64,000 nucleotides of DNA, taken from assembly GCA_026981825.1 (NCBI GenBank), contig JALSID010000163.1, positions 6,936 to 70,935 on the forward strand, read 5' to 3'. The DNA comes from Planctomycetota bacterium (GTDB taxonomy: Bacteria > Planctomycetota > Planctomycetia > JALXBF01). Below are positions 51,798-61,613 of this stretch, in pieces; within the stretch, counting starts at the first letter, position 1; every line of letters starts with the position of its first letter. The translations under genes and the position numbers were made by a program. A model generated the notes under the pieces. The model did not search any database and was not told the origin of the DNA. It was given only the letters and a program-made list of their open reading frames with translations.

Positions 51798-53111
51798 TCA
51801 GGGGAGGAAGCCTTCCGGATCGGAATCGCGGATACGAAGGATCGCGTCCCGATCCCACGGTAGCAGATCGAGCGGAGTAAGCACCTCCGGGCCGTTTTCC
51901 GTACACAGGACCGTGTCCTCGAGCCTCAAGTGACGTCTATTCCGGCGGTCCAACCAGAGGGGTTCCACATTGAACACGACGCCCGGTTGGAAGGGCCGAT
52001 CGTACGAGCCAACGTCGTGCGCAGCCATGCCGGTGTAGTGGCCCGCAATCGGGAGCAGGCCCTCCAGCCCCACCTCCCGCGCTTTTCTCACCATGGCCGT
52101 GGCCACGTCGCGCGGGGTGTTGCCGGGCTTGACCGCAGCGATGCCGGCCCGGTGCACCTCCACCAGCTTGTCATAAATCCGATCAAACGGATCAGGAAAC
52201 GGGCCGGAACTAGGCCAGCAGCGGGTGACGTCGCTGGTGTAGTAATAATAGTCGGGGCCGGCGTCGAGAAGCAGCATCTCGTTTGGCTGCAACGTCCGGG
52301 AGTTTTGCATGTAATGGAACCGGACCATGTTTGGCCCAGAAGCCACGATCGGGGTCCACGCGCTGCACCGAGCACCTTCGCGACGAAAGACGTACTCGCA
52401 AATGCCGGCCAGCGCGGACTCGCGAATCCCTGGACGAGTGACCTGAATCGATAAGCGGATCGCTTCGGCAGCGATCCGGGCCGCTTCGCGCATCACGTCG
52501 ATTTCTCGGCTGCTCTTCACGCGACGCAATGGATCGGTGAGGAGTTCAGCCGGACGGACGCTAACCCCCTCGCCCAACACGTTGAGCACCGACGCACGGA
52601 ATGCCCGAGTGTCACGGGGCGGGGGGTAACCCGGCAACAAGCGAGGGATGGGCGAGAACGAGTCACGGGATTGCGCCTCGCCTTCGCCCGGAAATCGCTG
52701 CACGTAGAAGGTGACTCCGTCACCGGAGAGCGAACGAAGAGCATCGCGAACCGCCACACTCGGGCGGACACGGGCAATTCCTCGCTCCGCAAGGACACGC
52801 GTTGCCTTCGCGATCTGTCTGGCGGGCACGTACACGGTCACCGCATCGGTGCGGCCATCGGCGACCAATACGGCGTCCGGTCCCTCGTAGCCGGTGAAGT
52901 ACCAGAAGGTGTTGTACTGGCGAAAAGCCCGTTGGTTCTGTGGGGCGGGCGCCCCCTTCAAGATCAACACATCGTCGCCCAGGAGCTTGAACAGACGCGT
53001 CCAACGTTCACGGTATTCCTCCGGAGGAAAGACACTCTCCTGGGCACGTGCCGCTGTCGCGCTCCAGAAAACCCCCAGGAGAAGCACGGCGCAAACGTAG
53101 CGGCCTCGCAT
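51798..53111 (-). CDS. Xaa-Pro aminopeptidase (M24 family), secreted
   Basis: Signal peptide MRGRYVCAVLLLGVFWSATAARAQE; pita-bread fold metal ligands (...DAGPDYYYYTSDVTR..., ...HYTGMAAHDVG..., ...FNVEP...). Confidence 0.8.
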   Translation of the reverse strand: MRGRYVCAVLLLGVFWSATAARAQESVFPPEEYRERWTRLFKLLGDDVLILKGAPAPQNQRAFRQYNTFWYFTGYEGPDAVLVADGRTDAVTVYVPARQIAKATRVLAERGIARVRPSVAVRDALRSLSGDGVTFYVQRFPGEGEAQSRDSFSPIPRLLPGYPPPRDTRAFRASVLNVLGEGVSVRPAELLTDPLRRVKSSREIDVMREAARIAAEAIRLSIQVTRPGIRESALAGICEYVFRREGARCSAWTPIVASGPNMVRFHYMQNSRTLQPNEMLLLDAGPDYYYYTSDVTRCWPSSGPFPDPFDRIYDKLVEVHRAGIAAVKPGNTPRDVATAMVRKAREVGLEGLLPIAGHYTGMAAHDVGSYDRPFQPGVVFNVEPLWLDRRNRRHLRLEDTVLCTENGPEVLTPLDLLPWDRDAILRIRDSDPEGFLP

Positions 53112-53633
53112 TCTTGTACTCCACATTGTCAGTTTGGAACCATCCCACCTTTGTAGCTTAGCTGAACGGCCAGCGAGAGTGGGTTGCTTCCCCACAGAAA
53201 CACAGCACCCAAGGACAATGATGCCCATGGGCTCTGCCACAGCAGGCGACAGATTCGCTCCGCAGCCAGCGCCAATCCCCACTCGCTTCTCCTTGGGGCA
53301 GCGTCCCTCTTCTGCACACACTGCACGCGTCCTTAAGCCGACTCCTACCGGTTGGTCGCGCGATCAAGCCGTCCTCTTCGCGTTGTCGGCCGAGCCGGCT
53401 TGCCACAGAATGCAGAGGCGCGGTCCTGGCTCTCCGTGTGGCGGTGCAGTCCGTTCCGCGGATCGACCGAGCCGCGTTCCCGCGATCCAGGAGCCACTAA
53501 ACATGCGTTCACCAACAACGGACGTCTACCCAAGGAAGAAAGCCATTCCGCACTTGCGCATGGGCACGAACCTCGGTTAGAATGGACAGCGTAGCGGCAC
53601 GGTTGCCCGCTTTTAGGCATGGAGGTAGCAAGG

Positions 53634-54359
53634 ATGGGACGACCGTCACTGGACCTGTTCAAGGCAACGGTTGCTCGCGCGGAGCGCTTTGCAGATCTGG
53701 GTCTCTACGGTCAGGCCATTCCCCTCGCCAAGCATGTCGCTTCGGCTTCCCGTGCACCACGGGACGTCCGTGCGGCGGCGTTGAAGCTTCTGGGACGCAT
53801 CGCCCTGGAACAGGGGCTTTACGCGAAGAGCCGCCGGTACTTTCACGCAGCACTTACTCTGGAGCGCCGCTCGGCGTATACGGCTTTCGTGATCGGCCTC
53901 ACGTACGAATGGCAGGCCAAACCGGCCTTGGAACGAGCTTACCAGTACTACCGGCTGGCGTGTGAGTGGGACGAGTCCGAGCCACTTTATCGGGCGGCCT
54001 TCCACAGCGTGCGGGTGGAGCTCTTCGGGAGCAAGCATGTAAGACGCGATGCCCTGCGGGAGCTGGACCGCTGCTTCACCGAAGAACCGGACTCACCAGA
54101 AGTCGCCCTTTACTACCTGCGGGCCCTGCGAACAGCAGGCCGGCATGGAGCAGCCCGATGGTTGCAGACGCTTTGCCGCCGACGGTGGCCCACGTTGCCC
54201 GAGTTTGCAGCACCTGAGTCTCCGCTTCCCCAATCACGCAACTGGCCGCTGGCTGTTCGATCGAGACCCAAGGAAGCCACCCACCGTCGCCTCCGAAAGC
54301 CGCGTATCCTTCGTTTCTCGGCGCAGCAACCCTCAGCCGCGCGCCGGGCTGCTCGGTGA
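53634..54359 (+). CDS. TPR-like hypothetical protein
   Basis: GGAGG SD 9 nt upstream of ATG 53634; helical-repeat composition; basic C-terminal tail. Confidence 0.5.
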   Translation: MGRPSLDLFKATVARAERFADLGLYGQAIPLAKHVASASRAPRDVRAAALKLLGRIALEQGLYAKSRRYFHAALTLERRSAYTAFVIGLTYEWQAKPALERAYQYYRLACEWDESEPLYRAAFHSVRVELFGSKHVRRDALRELDRCFTEEPDSPEVALYYLRALRTAGRHGAARWLQTLCRRRWPTLPEFAAPESPLPQSRNWPLAVRSRPKEATHRRLRKPRILRFSAQQPSAARRAAR

Positions 54360-55061
54360 TGGCAACCGACGCCTGGAGTAACCTGCGCCCCCCGTCTTCT
54401 GCCCCCGCTGCCGGCGTGGGGCAAAGCGGTCCTTAACACGGAGCGTCTTCCTTAGCGTTTTCGGTCGCTGCGGCAAACGGCCCGGGCAGGCAGGGAATGG
54501 CTCTGACGCGGCGTGGTCGCGGGGCCGATGAGCGGTTTCCCGGCTGGTTTTTGCGGCAGGCCCGGTGTGCCCGAATACCGTAATGGGGTAAAGCCGTGCG
54601 ACGGTCGTCTGGCCGGTGACGACGGCCCCCGTCGAAAGATCGGGATTTCGCGGGGCGGCCTCGGAACACGGTACTGCACTCGTCCGCAAGATGTACAGAT
54701 GCAACTGGGTCGCTTCCGATGGCTACGCGCCGACGGCGATCGGAGCCGCGCACGCTGCCCATTGGTCGCTCGCATCGGGAGTGCATCCGAGAATCCGGGC
54801 CATGGCCCCCTGTATTTCCCCCTCACGCTCCGCCGTCTTCAGACGACGGTCGTGCGGGAGCGAGCAGCACGCGGCCGCAAGCCACTAATGTGACTGCTTT
54901 TCTGGCCAAAGGTTGGGCTCTAACAGGTGCACGAATGCAGACAGAGCACTTGCACAATGACGCGTGGCCGACTAGAATAAGCATCCCATGGCGAAGGCAA
55001 ACTCGCTCGGGCGCGAGCGTGGAACGTCCTCGAAGTGTCCTACCTACGGAGCGACTCCACA

Positions 55062-55334
55062 ATGGCGGTTTATCCTACCCGTTCCTTGATTGCAGCCCTT
55101 GCAATGGGGGCAGTTACCTTGGGCCTCGCTCTCACCCCCGGTTGCAGCAATAAGCCCGATCTTCCGGAGATGAGCGAGACCGACGCTGCGAAGCTTCGTG
55201 ATCTGAATGTACCCCCTATGGGTTCCCCCAAGGATCTCCCCTCCGGTGCAGAAGACACGACGTCTACCGATGGTTTCAACCCCCCGATCATGGCGCCGGG
55301 GAAAGGCGGCGATGCGGAGGCTCCAGAACAGTAA
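55062..55334 (+). CDS. small secreted lipoprotein
   Basis: MAVYPTRSLIAALAMGAVTLGLALTPGCSN: signal peptide plus lipobox. Immediately upstream of the DUF1559 gene. Confidence 0.45.
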   Translation: MAVYPTRSLIAALAMGAVTLGLALTPGCSNKPDLPEMSETDAAKLRDLNVPPMGSPKDLPSGAEDTTSTDGFNPPIMAPGKGGDAEAPEQ

Positions 55335-55380
55335 GCGGTAATTTTTCCGGGTTTTTTGTTCGGTTACGTGGAGGTGTGTG

Positions 55381-56358
55381 ATGCGGACCAGACGCCGTGG
55401 ATTTACGCTCATCGAGCTCCTGGTGGTCATTGCGATTATCGCCGTTCTGATCGCCTTGCTGCTGCCCGCGGTGCAGATGGCAAGGGAAGCGGCTCGTAAG
55501 GCGCAGTGTCAGAACAACCTGCATCAGCTTGCCATCGCAGCCCACAACTATCACAACGCGCACAACATGTTCCCCATGGGTTGCGACTGGCGCTGGTACC
55601 TGCCCCGGCCCGGCTGGGCAGTGACGAATACAAGCCCCTTCGTCCAAATGCTGCCTTACCTGGATGCTCTCCAGGTGTTCAACTCCTGGAACCAGGACCT
55701 GGCCATGTGGCGGCCGCACAACACCACGATCCACTCGACGATCATCGAGGCCCTGAACTGCCCCTCCGACATCCGGCCGCTCCGCGAAAGGGTCTGGTTT
55801 GGCTTGCCGTCCCCCTACTATCGCGGTGCCGTCCTCATGGCCTACAGCAGCTACGCGGGCAACGCTGGACTTCGCTGGTTCTACTTCTGGAGGAACAACT
55901 GGAACGACGGTGTCTTTTACTTCATCAGCCGGACGCGGTTCCGGGACATCATCGACGGTACTCAGAACACGTTCCTCTTTGGCGAGCGTGCGCACAGCCT
56001 GGCGCCCGAGCGTCAGCGCAGGTGGTGGCACTGGTGGACGTCCGGCAACTTCGGCGATACCACGTTCTCGGCTCGTTACCCCCTGAACATGCAGACCCGC
56101 ATCCGCGACCAGGCGTGGGATCCGACCACGGGGTGGAGCGCAATTCTGTTCGGCGCATCCAGCCTTCACCCCGGTGGGGCCAACTTCGCGATGTGTGATG
56201 GCAGCGTCAAGTTCATCTCGCAGGACATCGAGAGCTGGGATCTGACGCAGCGCGAGCTGGTCATGCTGCGGTGGTCCAGGACGTACCCCAAGCCTCGTGG
56301 CCTGTTCCAGGCGCTGTCCACACGCGCCGGTCGCGAACCGATCCCAGAGGAGTACTAA
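55381..56358 (+). CDS. DUF1559 protein with prepilin-type N-terminal cleavage/methylation domain
   Basis: RRGFTLIELLVVIAIIAVLIALLLPAVQMAREAARKAQCQNNLHQLAIAAHNYHNAH: canonical planctomycetal DUF1559 N-terminus. GGAGG SD. Confidence 0.9.
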   Translation: MRTRRRGFTLIELLVVIAIIAVLIALLLPAVQMAREAARKAQCQNNLHQLAIAAHNYHNAHNMFPMGCDWRWYLPRPGWAVTNTSPFVQMLPYLDALQVFNSWNQDLAMWRPHNTTIHSTIIEALNCPSDIRPLRERVWFGLPSPYYRGAVLMAYSSYAGNAGLRWFYFWRNNWNDGVFYFISRTRFRDIIDGTQNTFLFGERAHSLAPERQRRWWHWWTSGNFGDTTFSARYPLNMQTRIRDQAWDPTTGWSAILFGASSLHPGGANFAMCDGSVKFISQDIESWDLTQRELVMLRWSRTYPKPRGLFQALSTRAGREPIPEEY

Positions 56359-56403
56359 CGAACGTTTGGAATCCGACAGTTTCGTGAAATTGATCGCTAC
56401 CTC

Positions 56404-56425
56404 GTGTGCCCCTGGCGGGGCACAC
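56404..56425 (+). terminator. rho-independent terminator after DUF1559 gene
   Basis: GTGTGCCCC-TGGC-GGGGCACAC: 9-bp stem, then pyrimidine/T-rich tail (CTTCTGCTTCTATTTC), 46 bp after the stop. Confidence 0.5.
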
Positions 56426-56958
56426 GGGGTAGCTTCTGCTTCTATTTCGGCAGCGGAACTGTCGTAGTGGTGGCCGGTTTGCGGCACCGGCCATGACGAT
56501 GCCTTGAGGGAGTAAGGCACGTACCGGCAGCCTCTCTCCTAACTCCCTCAGCGCAGGGCTGGTACCCGCTCTGCTCCGTGTATGCGGGAAATCCGGCGGG
56601 GACGGATCGGGCCTCGAGTGGTCAGCGCCGGTTCCGCGTTTGCTCGTGCGCGAGGGCAGAACCAGCAGCAATCCACCCCTTGCCTTTAGCGGCGTCCCAT
56701 GTCTTGCAATCCGGTAGCCATGCCGGTAACGTCTATGTCGACAGTGGTTCGGTGGTAAGCACGACGTTGAACATCCCCGGACAGCCCACGAGGACGGGCC
56801 GAGCTCCACGGCCCAAGCATGGCTGCCAGCGGCGGATTGGCTTGAGCGCGGCGCAGGTGACGCCGACCGGCGTCGGCTAACGGCGACCAGAAACCCAGGC
56901 TCAGGATGTCGGCGGACAGGTGTGGCATTCGTCGCCCTGTTAGCGCGAGGGTTGGAAG

Positions 56959-57939
56959 ATGTCCCCCCAGTTCGTGTTCGTCCACGGGATCATGGGCGCG
57001 GAGAGCAAGCTGCCCTATGACGAACTGGCCCGGGCACTGGGGAAGAGACTACCCGAAGCTGGTCTTCATTTGGCGGACTGGCGAGAACTGGGGTTCACGA
57101 CGAAGCGACCGTTGTTGGACATCGACAGACCGTTCAACCCACCGTTGGAAACCGTGTTGCGCCAGGTGCAACCGCCGTTGTTATCGGAAAGAGCCTGTGT
57201 TTGGCTCGACATCCTGGAACGGGACGTGTGCAAGCAGCACCCCTTGTGGTTTCCGACCACGGCCATGTTCAAAGCGGAGCTCGCCGTACTGCGTTGGCTT
57301 CTGGACTATGTGGCGGACATCGAGGTCTACCTGCGGGACGATGAGCGGCGTGCTGCGATTCAGGAGTACGTGCGAAGGATCATCGCAAGGGCGGCCGAGT
57401 CTGGCCCGACCATCGTCGTCGCCCATAGTCTGGGCAGCGTGATTTGCCATGAAGTTATCCACGCCATGGCTCCGGACAGCGTATGCTTACTCGTCACTCT
57501 CGGTTCCCCCCTGCAATTCATGCTCTACCAGCTTCACGGCACGGGCCTCGTAACCTTCGGTCTGCTGCAACACCCGAAGCTGGACTGGCTCAACGTGCAC
57601 GACATCAAGGACGTGCTCGCATCCCCGCTCGTGCAGGACGACTTCGTTCCCCCTCGACGCGTTGACTTCTACGTGCACTGGAAACTCATCGAGGGTGAAG
57701 TTGGGTTCATCGCTTTCCAGGACGGCCGTGCCGTATCCTTCGAGGAGTTCTGGCAAGAGCATTGCCCCGGGACGGGCCTGCGTGCGAATGTCGCCATTAA
57801 TCGCTATTCCAGTGCGTTGCTGGCGCATCAAAGCTACTGGCAGGTCTCGGCCCGGTATCGTGCGCTGGTCGAAACACTCGTTGCCTACGCCACGCAACTC
57901 GGCTCCGCCCGGTCGCCCGAGACGCGGGGGGAACTTTGA
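56959..57939 (+). CDS. alpha/beta-hydrolase fold protein (putative lipase/esterase)
   Basis: FVFVHGIMG near N-terminus; GxSxG nucleophile elbow VVAHSLGSV; GAGGG-like SD. Confidence 0.65.
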   Translation: MSPQFVFVHGIMGAESKLPYDELARALGKRLPEAGLHLADWRELGFTTKRPLLDIDRPFNPPLETVLRQVQPPLLSERACVWLDILERDVCKQHPLWFPTTAMFKAELAVLRWLLDYVADIEVYLRDDERRAAIQEYVRRIIARAAESGPTIVVAHSLGSVICHEVIHAMAPDSVCLLVTLGSPLQFMLYQLHGTGLVTFGLLQHPKLDWLNVHDIKDVLASPLVQDDFVPPRRVDFYVHWKLIEGEVGFIAFQDGRAVSFEEFWQEHCPGTGLRANVAINRYSSALLAHQSYWQVSARYRALVETLVAYATQLGSARSPETRGEL

Positions 57940-58090
57940 GGATCGCGACCTGCACAACCCACCGCCACCACTTGACGGCCTGTGTCCGCGGCCACATTCG
58001 CCATCCAGCGGACCTGCTTGACGGGTCTTGAGACGACGTGTCGATACTCCCCCCTTTAAGTCCGTTTGCGGACTTCATCCTGATGGGGGT

Positions 58091-58315
58091 TCACCGTTGG
58101 TTGGCGGAGGGAAGCCGGAGCAAGACCCAAGTCGTTACGATCACGTAGGCAAGGGTCAAAGCAACGAGGGTATACCCAAGGTGCTCATGGGCGACGCGTG
58201 TCCCGATGTCAGCGGTTCCGGTGAGCAGCACGCGGCCCAGGATAAGCTGGGCAGCCGCCAGGGCACCGACGAGACCACCCATCACAACCAAGACCACGCG
58301 CACCCGTACGCTCAT
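58091..58315 (-). CDS. small two-TM membrane protein
   Basis: MSVRVRVVLVVMGGLVGALAAAQ...VALTLAYVIVTTWVLL. Start ATG shares its A with the tmk stop (TGATG), suggesting translational coupling. Confidence 0.45.
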   Translation of the reverse strand: MSVRVRVVLVVMGGLVGALAAAQLILGRVLLTGTADIGTRVAHEHLGYTLVALTLAYVIVTTWVLLRLPSANQR

Positions 58316-59061
58316 CACTTCACCTCGCTCTCTTGTTCCAACCGCGGAGACTGTTCGCCCCTCGAATCCGCATCCACGCACATGGGGTTCCCGGCCATCG
58401 CCATCACCGCTTGACGTATCTCTGCCTGCACTTCGTCAATCGTCCGCAGCCGCTGGTCTGTGGCAACGGGGATGCGGATCCAGCCTGGCTGTTGTTTCGC
58501 CAGTGACGCATAAACCAACCGAACCTGCTCCAGGTAACGACGATCGGCTTCGTGGAGATCGGCGGCGAGTGCGGTGTACCGCCGCGCCCCCTTGCGGCGG
58601 ACGAGCTGTTGCGCGATCTCGACGTCGATGTCGAGCCAGACAACGGCATCCGGACGGGGAACGCCGAAGACCTCGTATTCCACCCGCTCTAGCCATCGGC
58701 AAAACCCGCTCCGCCGATCCGGCGGCACTCGGGCGCCCTGATGCGCCAGGTTCGAAGGCACATACCGATCGCACACGACAAAGTCGCTGCTGGCCAGGGA
58801 ATCCAGCAGCAAGCCCCTTGATTCGAACCGCTCGCACGCGAACAGCAACGCGGAGAACTCTGGCGGTACGGCGTCGAGAGAGCCGAATTCACCGTTCAAA
58901 TACCGCGCAATCGTTGCGCCAAAGACGGTCTCACCGTAGCGCGGGAACGCAATCAGCGTCGCCGTCCGGGACCGGGTGCGAAGCCACTCTACCAACAAGC
59001 GGCTGTGCGTTCCCTTACCGGAACCGTCGATGCCTTCGATGACAACAAGACGACCGGGCAC
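58315..59061 (-). CDS. tmk: thymidylate kinase
   Basis: VVIEGIDGSGKGT P-loop and LID region (DRY...); GTG start. Confidence 0.85.
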   Translation of the reverse strand: MPGRLVVIEGIDGSGKGTHSRLLVEWLRTRSRTATLIAFPRYGETVFGATIARYLNGEFGSLDAVPPEFSALLFACERFESRGLLLDSLASSDFVVCDRYVPSNLAHQGARVPPDRRSGFCRWLERVEYEVFGVPRPDAVVWLDIDVEIAQQLVRRKGARRYTALAADLHEADRRYLEQVRLVYASLAKQQPGWIRIPVATDQRLRTIDEVQAEIRQAVMAMAGNPMCVDADSRGEQSPRLEQESEVK

Positions 59062-59072
59062 GCAATCACTCC

Positions 59073-60401
59073 TTATTCGGTCTTATCTTCCAGCGTATCT
59101 CGGGGACCGTGCTCCTGTTCGCCGGCATCCTCCAGCCGGCGCCCCCCCGAATCGGTACATGCCCCACCCGGTCCGCCCGGTTGCTCCGGTAAGAGGTGGC
59201 CAAGTTTCTCGCGCTTTGTCTGGAGATAACGGGCACGGGCGGGCTGATATGGTGCCACGATCGGAATCTGGTCGACGACCTCCAGGTCGAAACTCCGGTA
59301 CAGGAAGTTGATCGCCTCGATCTTCTTCGGGTTGTTCGTCAGCAACCGGATCCTGCGCAAGCCCAGATCCTTCAGGATCTGAGCCCCGATGCCGTAATCC
59401 CGCCGATCGGCCCGATAGCCCAGCGCTTGATTCGCCTCCACCGTGTCCAATCCCTGGCGTTGCAACTGGTACGCCCGGAGCTTCTCCGAGAGTTTTCCGA
59501 TCCCGCGCCCCTCTTGAGGTAGGTATACGAGAACACCCGCCCCCTCCTGGTGCATCATTTCGAGCGCCTGGAGGAGCTGGTCGCCGCAGTCGCACTGTAG
59601 CGAAGCCAACAGGTCACCCGTAAAGCAGGACGAGTGCATGCGAACCAGGGGCATTGGATGGGCCTCCGGATGGCCCACGATGATCGCCAGGGGCTCCTGC
59701 TCCTCATAGGCAACCCGGTAGCAGACCACCCGCACCCGGCCATAGCGGGTCTCCAGCGGGAGTTCCACGGTCCGCTCGACCAACCGTTCCGTCCGTCTGC
59801 GGAACCGGATGATATCCTCAATGGCAACCAGCGGAAGGCCGTGCTCTTTGGCGAATGCCTCCAATCGCGCCCCCCTCGCCGTATCGCCGGAGTCGTCCAG
59901 CACTTCACAGAGCACACCGCAGGGGCGCAAGCCTGCCATGCGACAGAGGTCGATGCTGGCTTCGGTATGACCTGCCCGACGGAGCACGCCGCCTTCTTTC
60001 GCGATCAGAGGAAACACGTGTCCGGGACGGACGAAATCCTGCGGCCCACTTTCGGGATCCGCAAGAGCCCGTATGGTTCGACACCGCTCGAACGCCGAGA
60101 TTCCTGTCCGGCAGCTCACGTGATCGACGCTCACCGTGAACGCCGTCCGCAACGGAGCGGTGTTTTCGTCGACCATCAGGCGAAGCTGAAGGCGGCGAGC
60201 GGTCTCAGGGAGAATGGAGACGCACAGTAAGCCGCGTCCCCGAGAGATCATGAAGTTCACCAGCTCCGGTGTAATCTTCTCGGCAGCACAGATCAGGTCT
60301 CCCTCGTTCTCCCGATCCTCCGCATCCACAACGATCACCAGCCTTCCCTGGGCGATGGTTTCGAGCGCGTCTTCAACGCGAACAAAGGCAGAGTCCGACA
60401 T
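59073..60401 (-). CDS. ribBA: bifunctional 3,4-dihydroxy-2-butanone-4-phosphate synthase / GTP cyclohydrolase II
   Basis: N-terminal DHBP synthase ([14 protein letters not shown]). C-terminal GTP cyclohydrolase II (zinc-binding CxxGxxxxSxxCDCG... present as [17 protein letters not shown]). Start at internal ATG 60401; the track ORF has an R-rich extension. Confidence 0.9.
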   Translation of the reverse strand: MSDSAFVRVEDALETIAQGRLVIVVDAEDRENEGDLICAAEKITPELVNFMISRGRGLLCVSILPETARRLQLRLMVDENTAPLRTAFTVSVDHVSCRTGISAFERCRTIRALADPESGPQDFVRPGHVFPLIAKEGGVLRRAGHTEASIDLCRMAGLRPCGVLCEVLDDSGDTARGARLEAFAKEHGLPLVAIEDIIRFRRRTERLVERTVELPLETRYGRVRVVCYRVAYEEQEPLAIIVGHPEAHPMPLVRMHSSCFTGDLLASLQCDCGDQLLQALEMMHQEGAGVLVYLPQEGRGIGKLSEKLRAYQLQRQGLDTVEANQALGYRADRRDYGIGAQILKDLGLRRIRLLTNNPKKIEAINFLYRSFDLEVVDQIPIVAPYQPARARYLQTKREKLGHLLPEQPGGPGGACTDSGGRRLEDAGEQEHGPRDTLEDKTE

Positions 60402-60474
60402 GGCGAGTCTCAGGATCTCCCGGTTCAAAAAACCCGACACCTGGCAGGATACGCTGCGAACCGATCTCACTCGG

Positions 60475-60480
60475 ATTATA
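60475..60480 (-). promoter_or_regulatory. perfect TATAAT -10 hexamer upstream of ribBA
   Basis: rc of attata 60475-60480; would give a ~67-nt leader containing a T6 run. No FMN-riboswitch consensus in the leader. Confidence 0.25.
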
Positions 60481-60711
60481 AGAAGCGGGCCCCTGGCGTC
60501 GTCCGCCGCCCGGACCCGGGCGACCGGATGAGGACGTCGGAAGCAGGAGTCGGATCGGATTTGCCCGCTCGACTGCCTGCACATTTCGGTTGCCTCGCCT
60601 CCTAACGCGATGCCGGTCGCTGTTACCGGAAGAAGGTCAACAGGCGAGCTCGGAGATGTTGCCAGGGTACAATGGACTGCAACCAGACCAACATTAGTTG
60701 GGGAGCAAAGG

Positions 60712-61296
60712 ATGGACGTTCATGAGAGAATCGCACGGTTCCGCCAGATGGTCGAGGCGGACCCGAACAACGATCTGGGACACTTCAGTCTGGGGCGGGC
60801 ACTTCTGGACGCCGGCCAGCTCGAAGAGGCCGTCACCGCATTGCGACGCGCCCTGGAACTCAACCCCCGTCTCTCCAAGGCTTACTACCTGCTTGGCTCA
60901 GCCCTGGCCGACCTTGGACGAACCGAAGAAGCGATCGGTGTCCTTCAGGAAGGCTACAGCGTAGCCACCGACCGGGGTGATGTGGGCCCTCGATCGGAAA
61001 TCGCAGAGAAACTTCGCAGCCTGGGGGTCGAGGTCTCCGAAGCGGCAGAAGAGCAGGCAGGCGAAACGGCGGCGTTCCGCTGCAGGCGGTGCGGCAGCCC
61101 TGGCCCCCGGCTCCAAGAGCCGCCCGCTTCCGACGAGCTTGGCCAGCGCATCTTCGAACAGATTTGCGCCAACTGCTGGCAGGAATGGCTCGCGATGGGG
61201 ATCAAGGTCATCAATGAACTGAGGCTAGATCTGAGTGACCGACGGGGCCAGGAGATCTTCGATCAGTACATGAAGGAGTTCCTCAACCTCTCCTGA
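60712..61296 (+). CDS. TPR-repeat / YggX-like (Fe(II)-trafficking) fusion protein
   Basis: N-terminal 3 TPR motifs. CRRCG. C-terminal ELGQRIFEQICANCWQEWLAMGIKVINELRLDLSDRRGQEIFDQYMKEFL aligns to E. coli YggX ([51 protein letters not shown]). GGGGAG SD. Confidence 0.75.
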   Translation: MDVHERIARFRQMVEADPNNDLGHFSLGRALLDAGQLEEAVTALRRALELNPRLSKAYYLLGSALADLGRTEEAIGVLQEGYSVATDRGDVGPRSEIAEKLRSLGVEVSEAAEEQAGETAAFRCRRCGSPGPRLQEPPASDELGQRIFEQICANCWQEWLAMGIKVINELRLDLSDRRGQEIFDQYMKEFLNLS

Positions 61297-61613
61297 GGGA
61301 CGCCGTCGACGACAGGCCCCCCCAGGGGCGAGCACGCCTTATCCGTTCCTCTCCGCTTCCGTGTTCGTCCTACGAGAGCGTCTGGGCGGGCGGCGGCGTT
61401 GGTTGCCTCTCATGCGACCTCCGCGGTCGGCTGGCGAAGCGGGGGAATCGGCACTCAAGCGCAGCTCCGTGCACTGTTCCGGCCGAAAAATCTGTCCGAT
61501 CGGATCGACGCGACGGTTTGTCTGCGCCTGCCACGTGAGGAACAGCCGCCCCCTGGTGATGCCCTCCCCGGCGGTGGATAAACCCGTGGGGCTCCGGAGC
61601 CGAAAGCCCATGG

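Noticed and set aside
56261-56809. 182-aa minus ORF and 100-aa plus ORF in the 600-bp gap
   Set aside because: R/P/G-rich composition, no SD, no homology pattern. Treated as non-coding.
60402-60620. FMN riboswitch upstream of ribBA
   Set aside because: None of the RFN consensus blocks are present on the minus strand.
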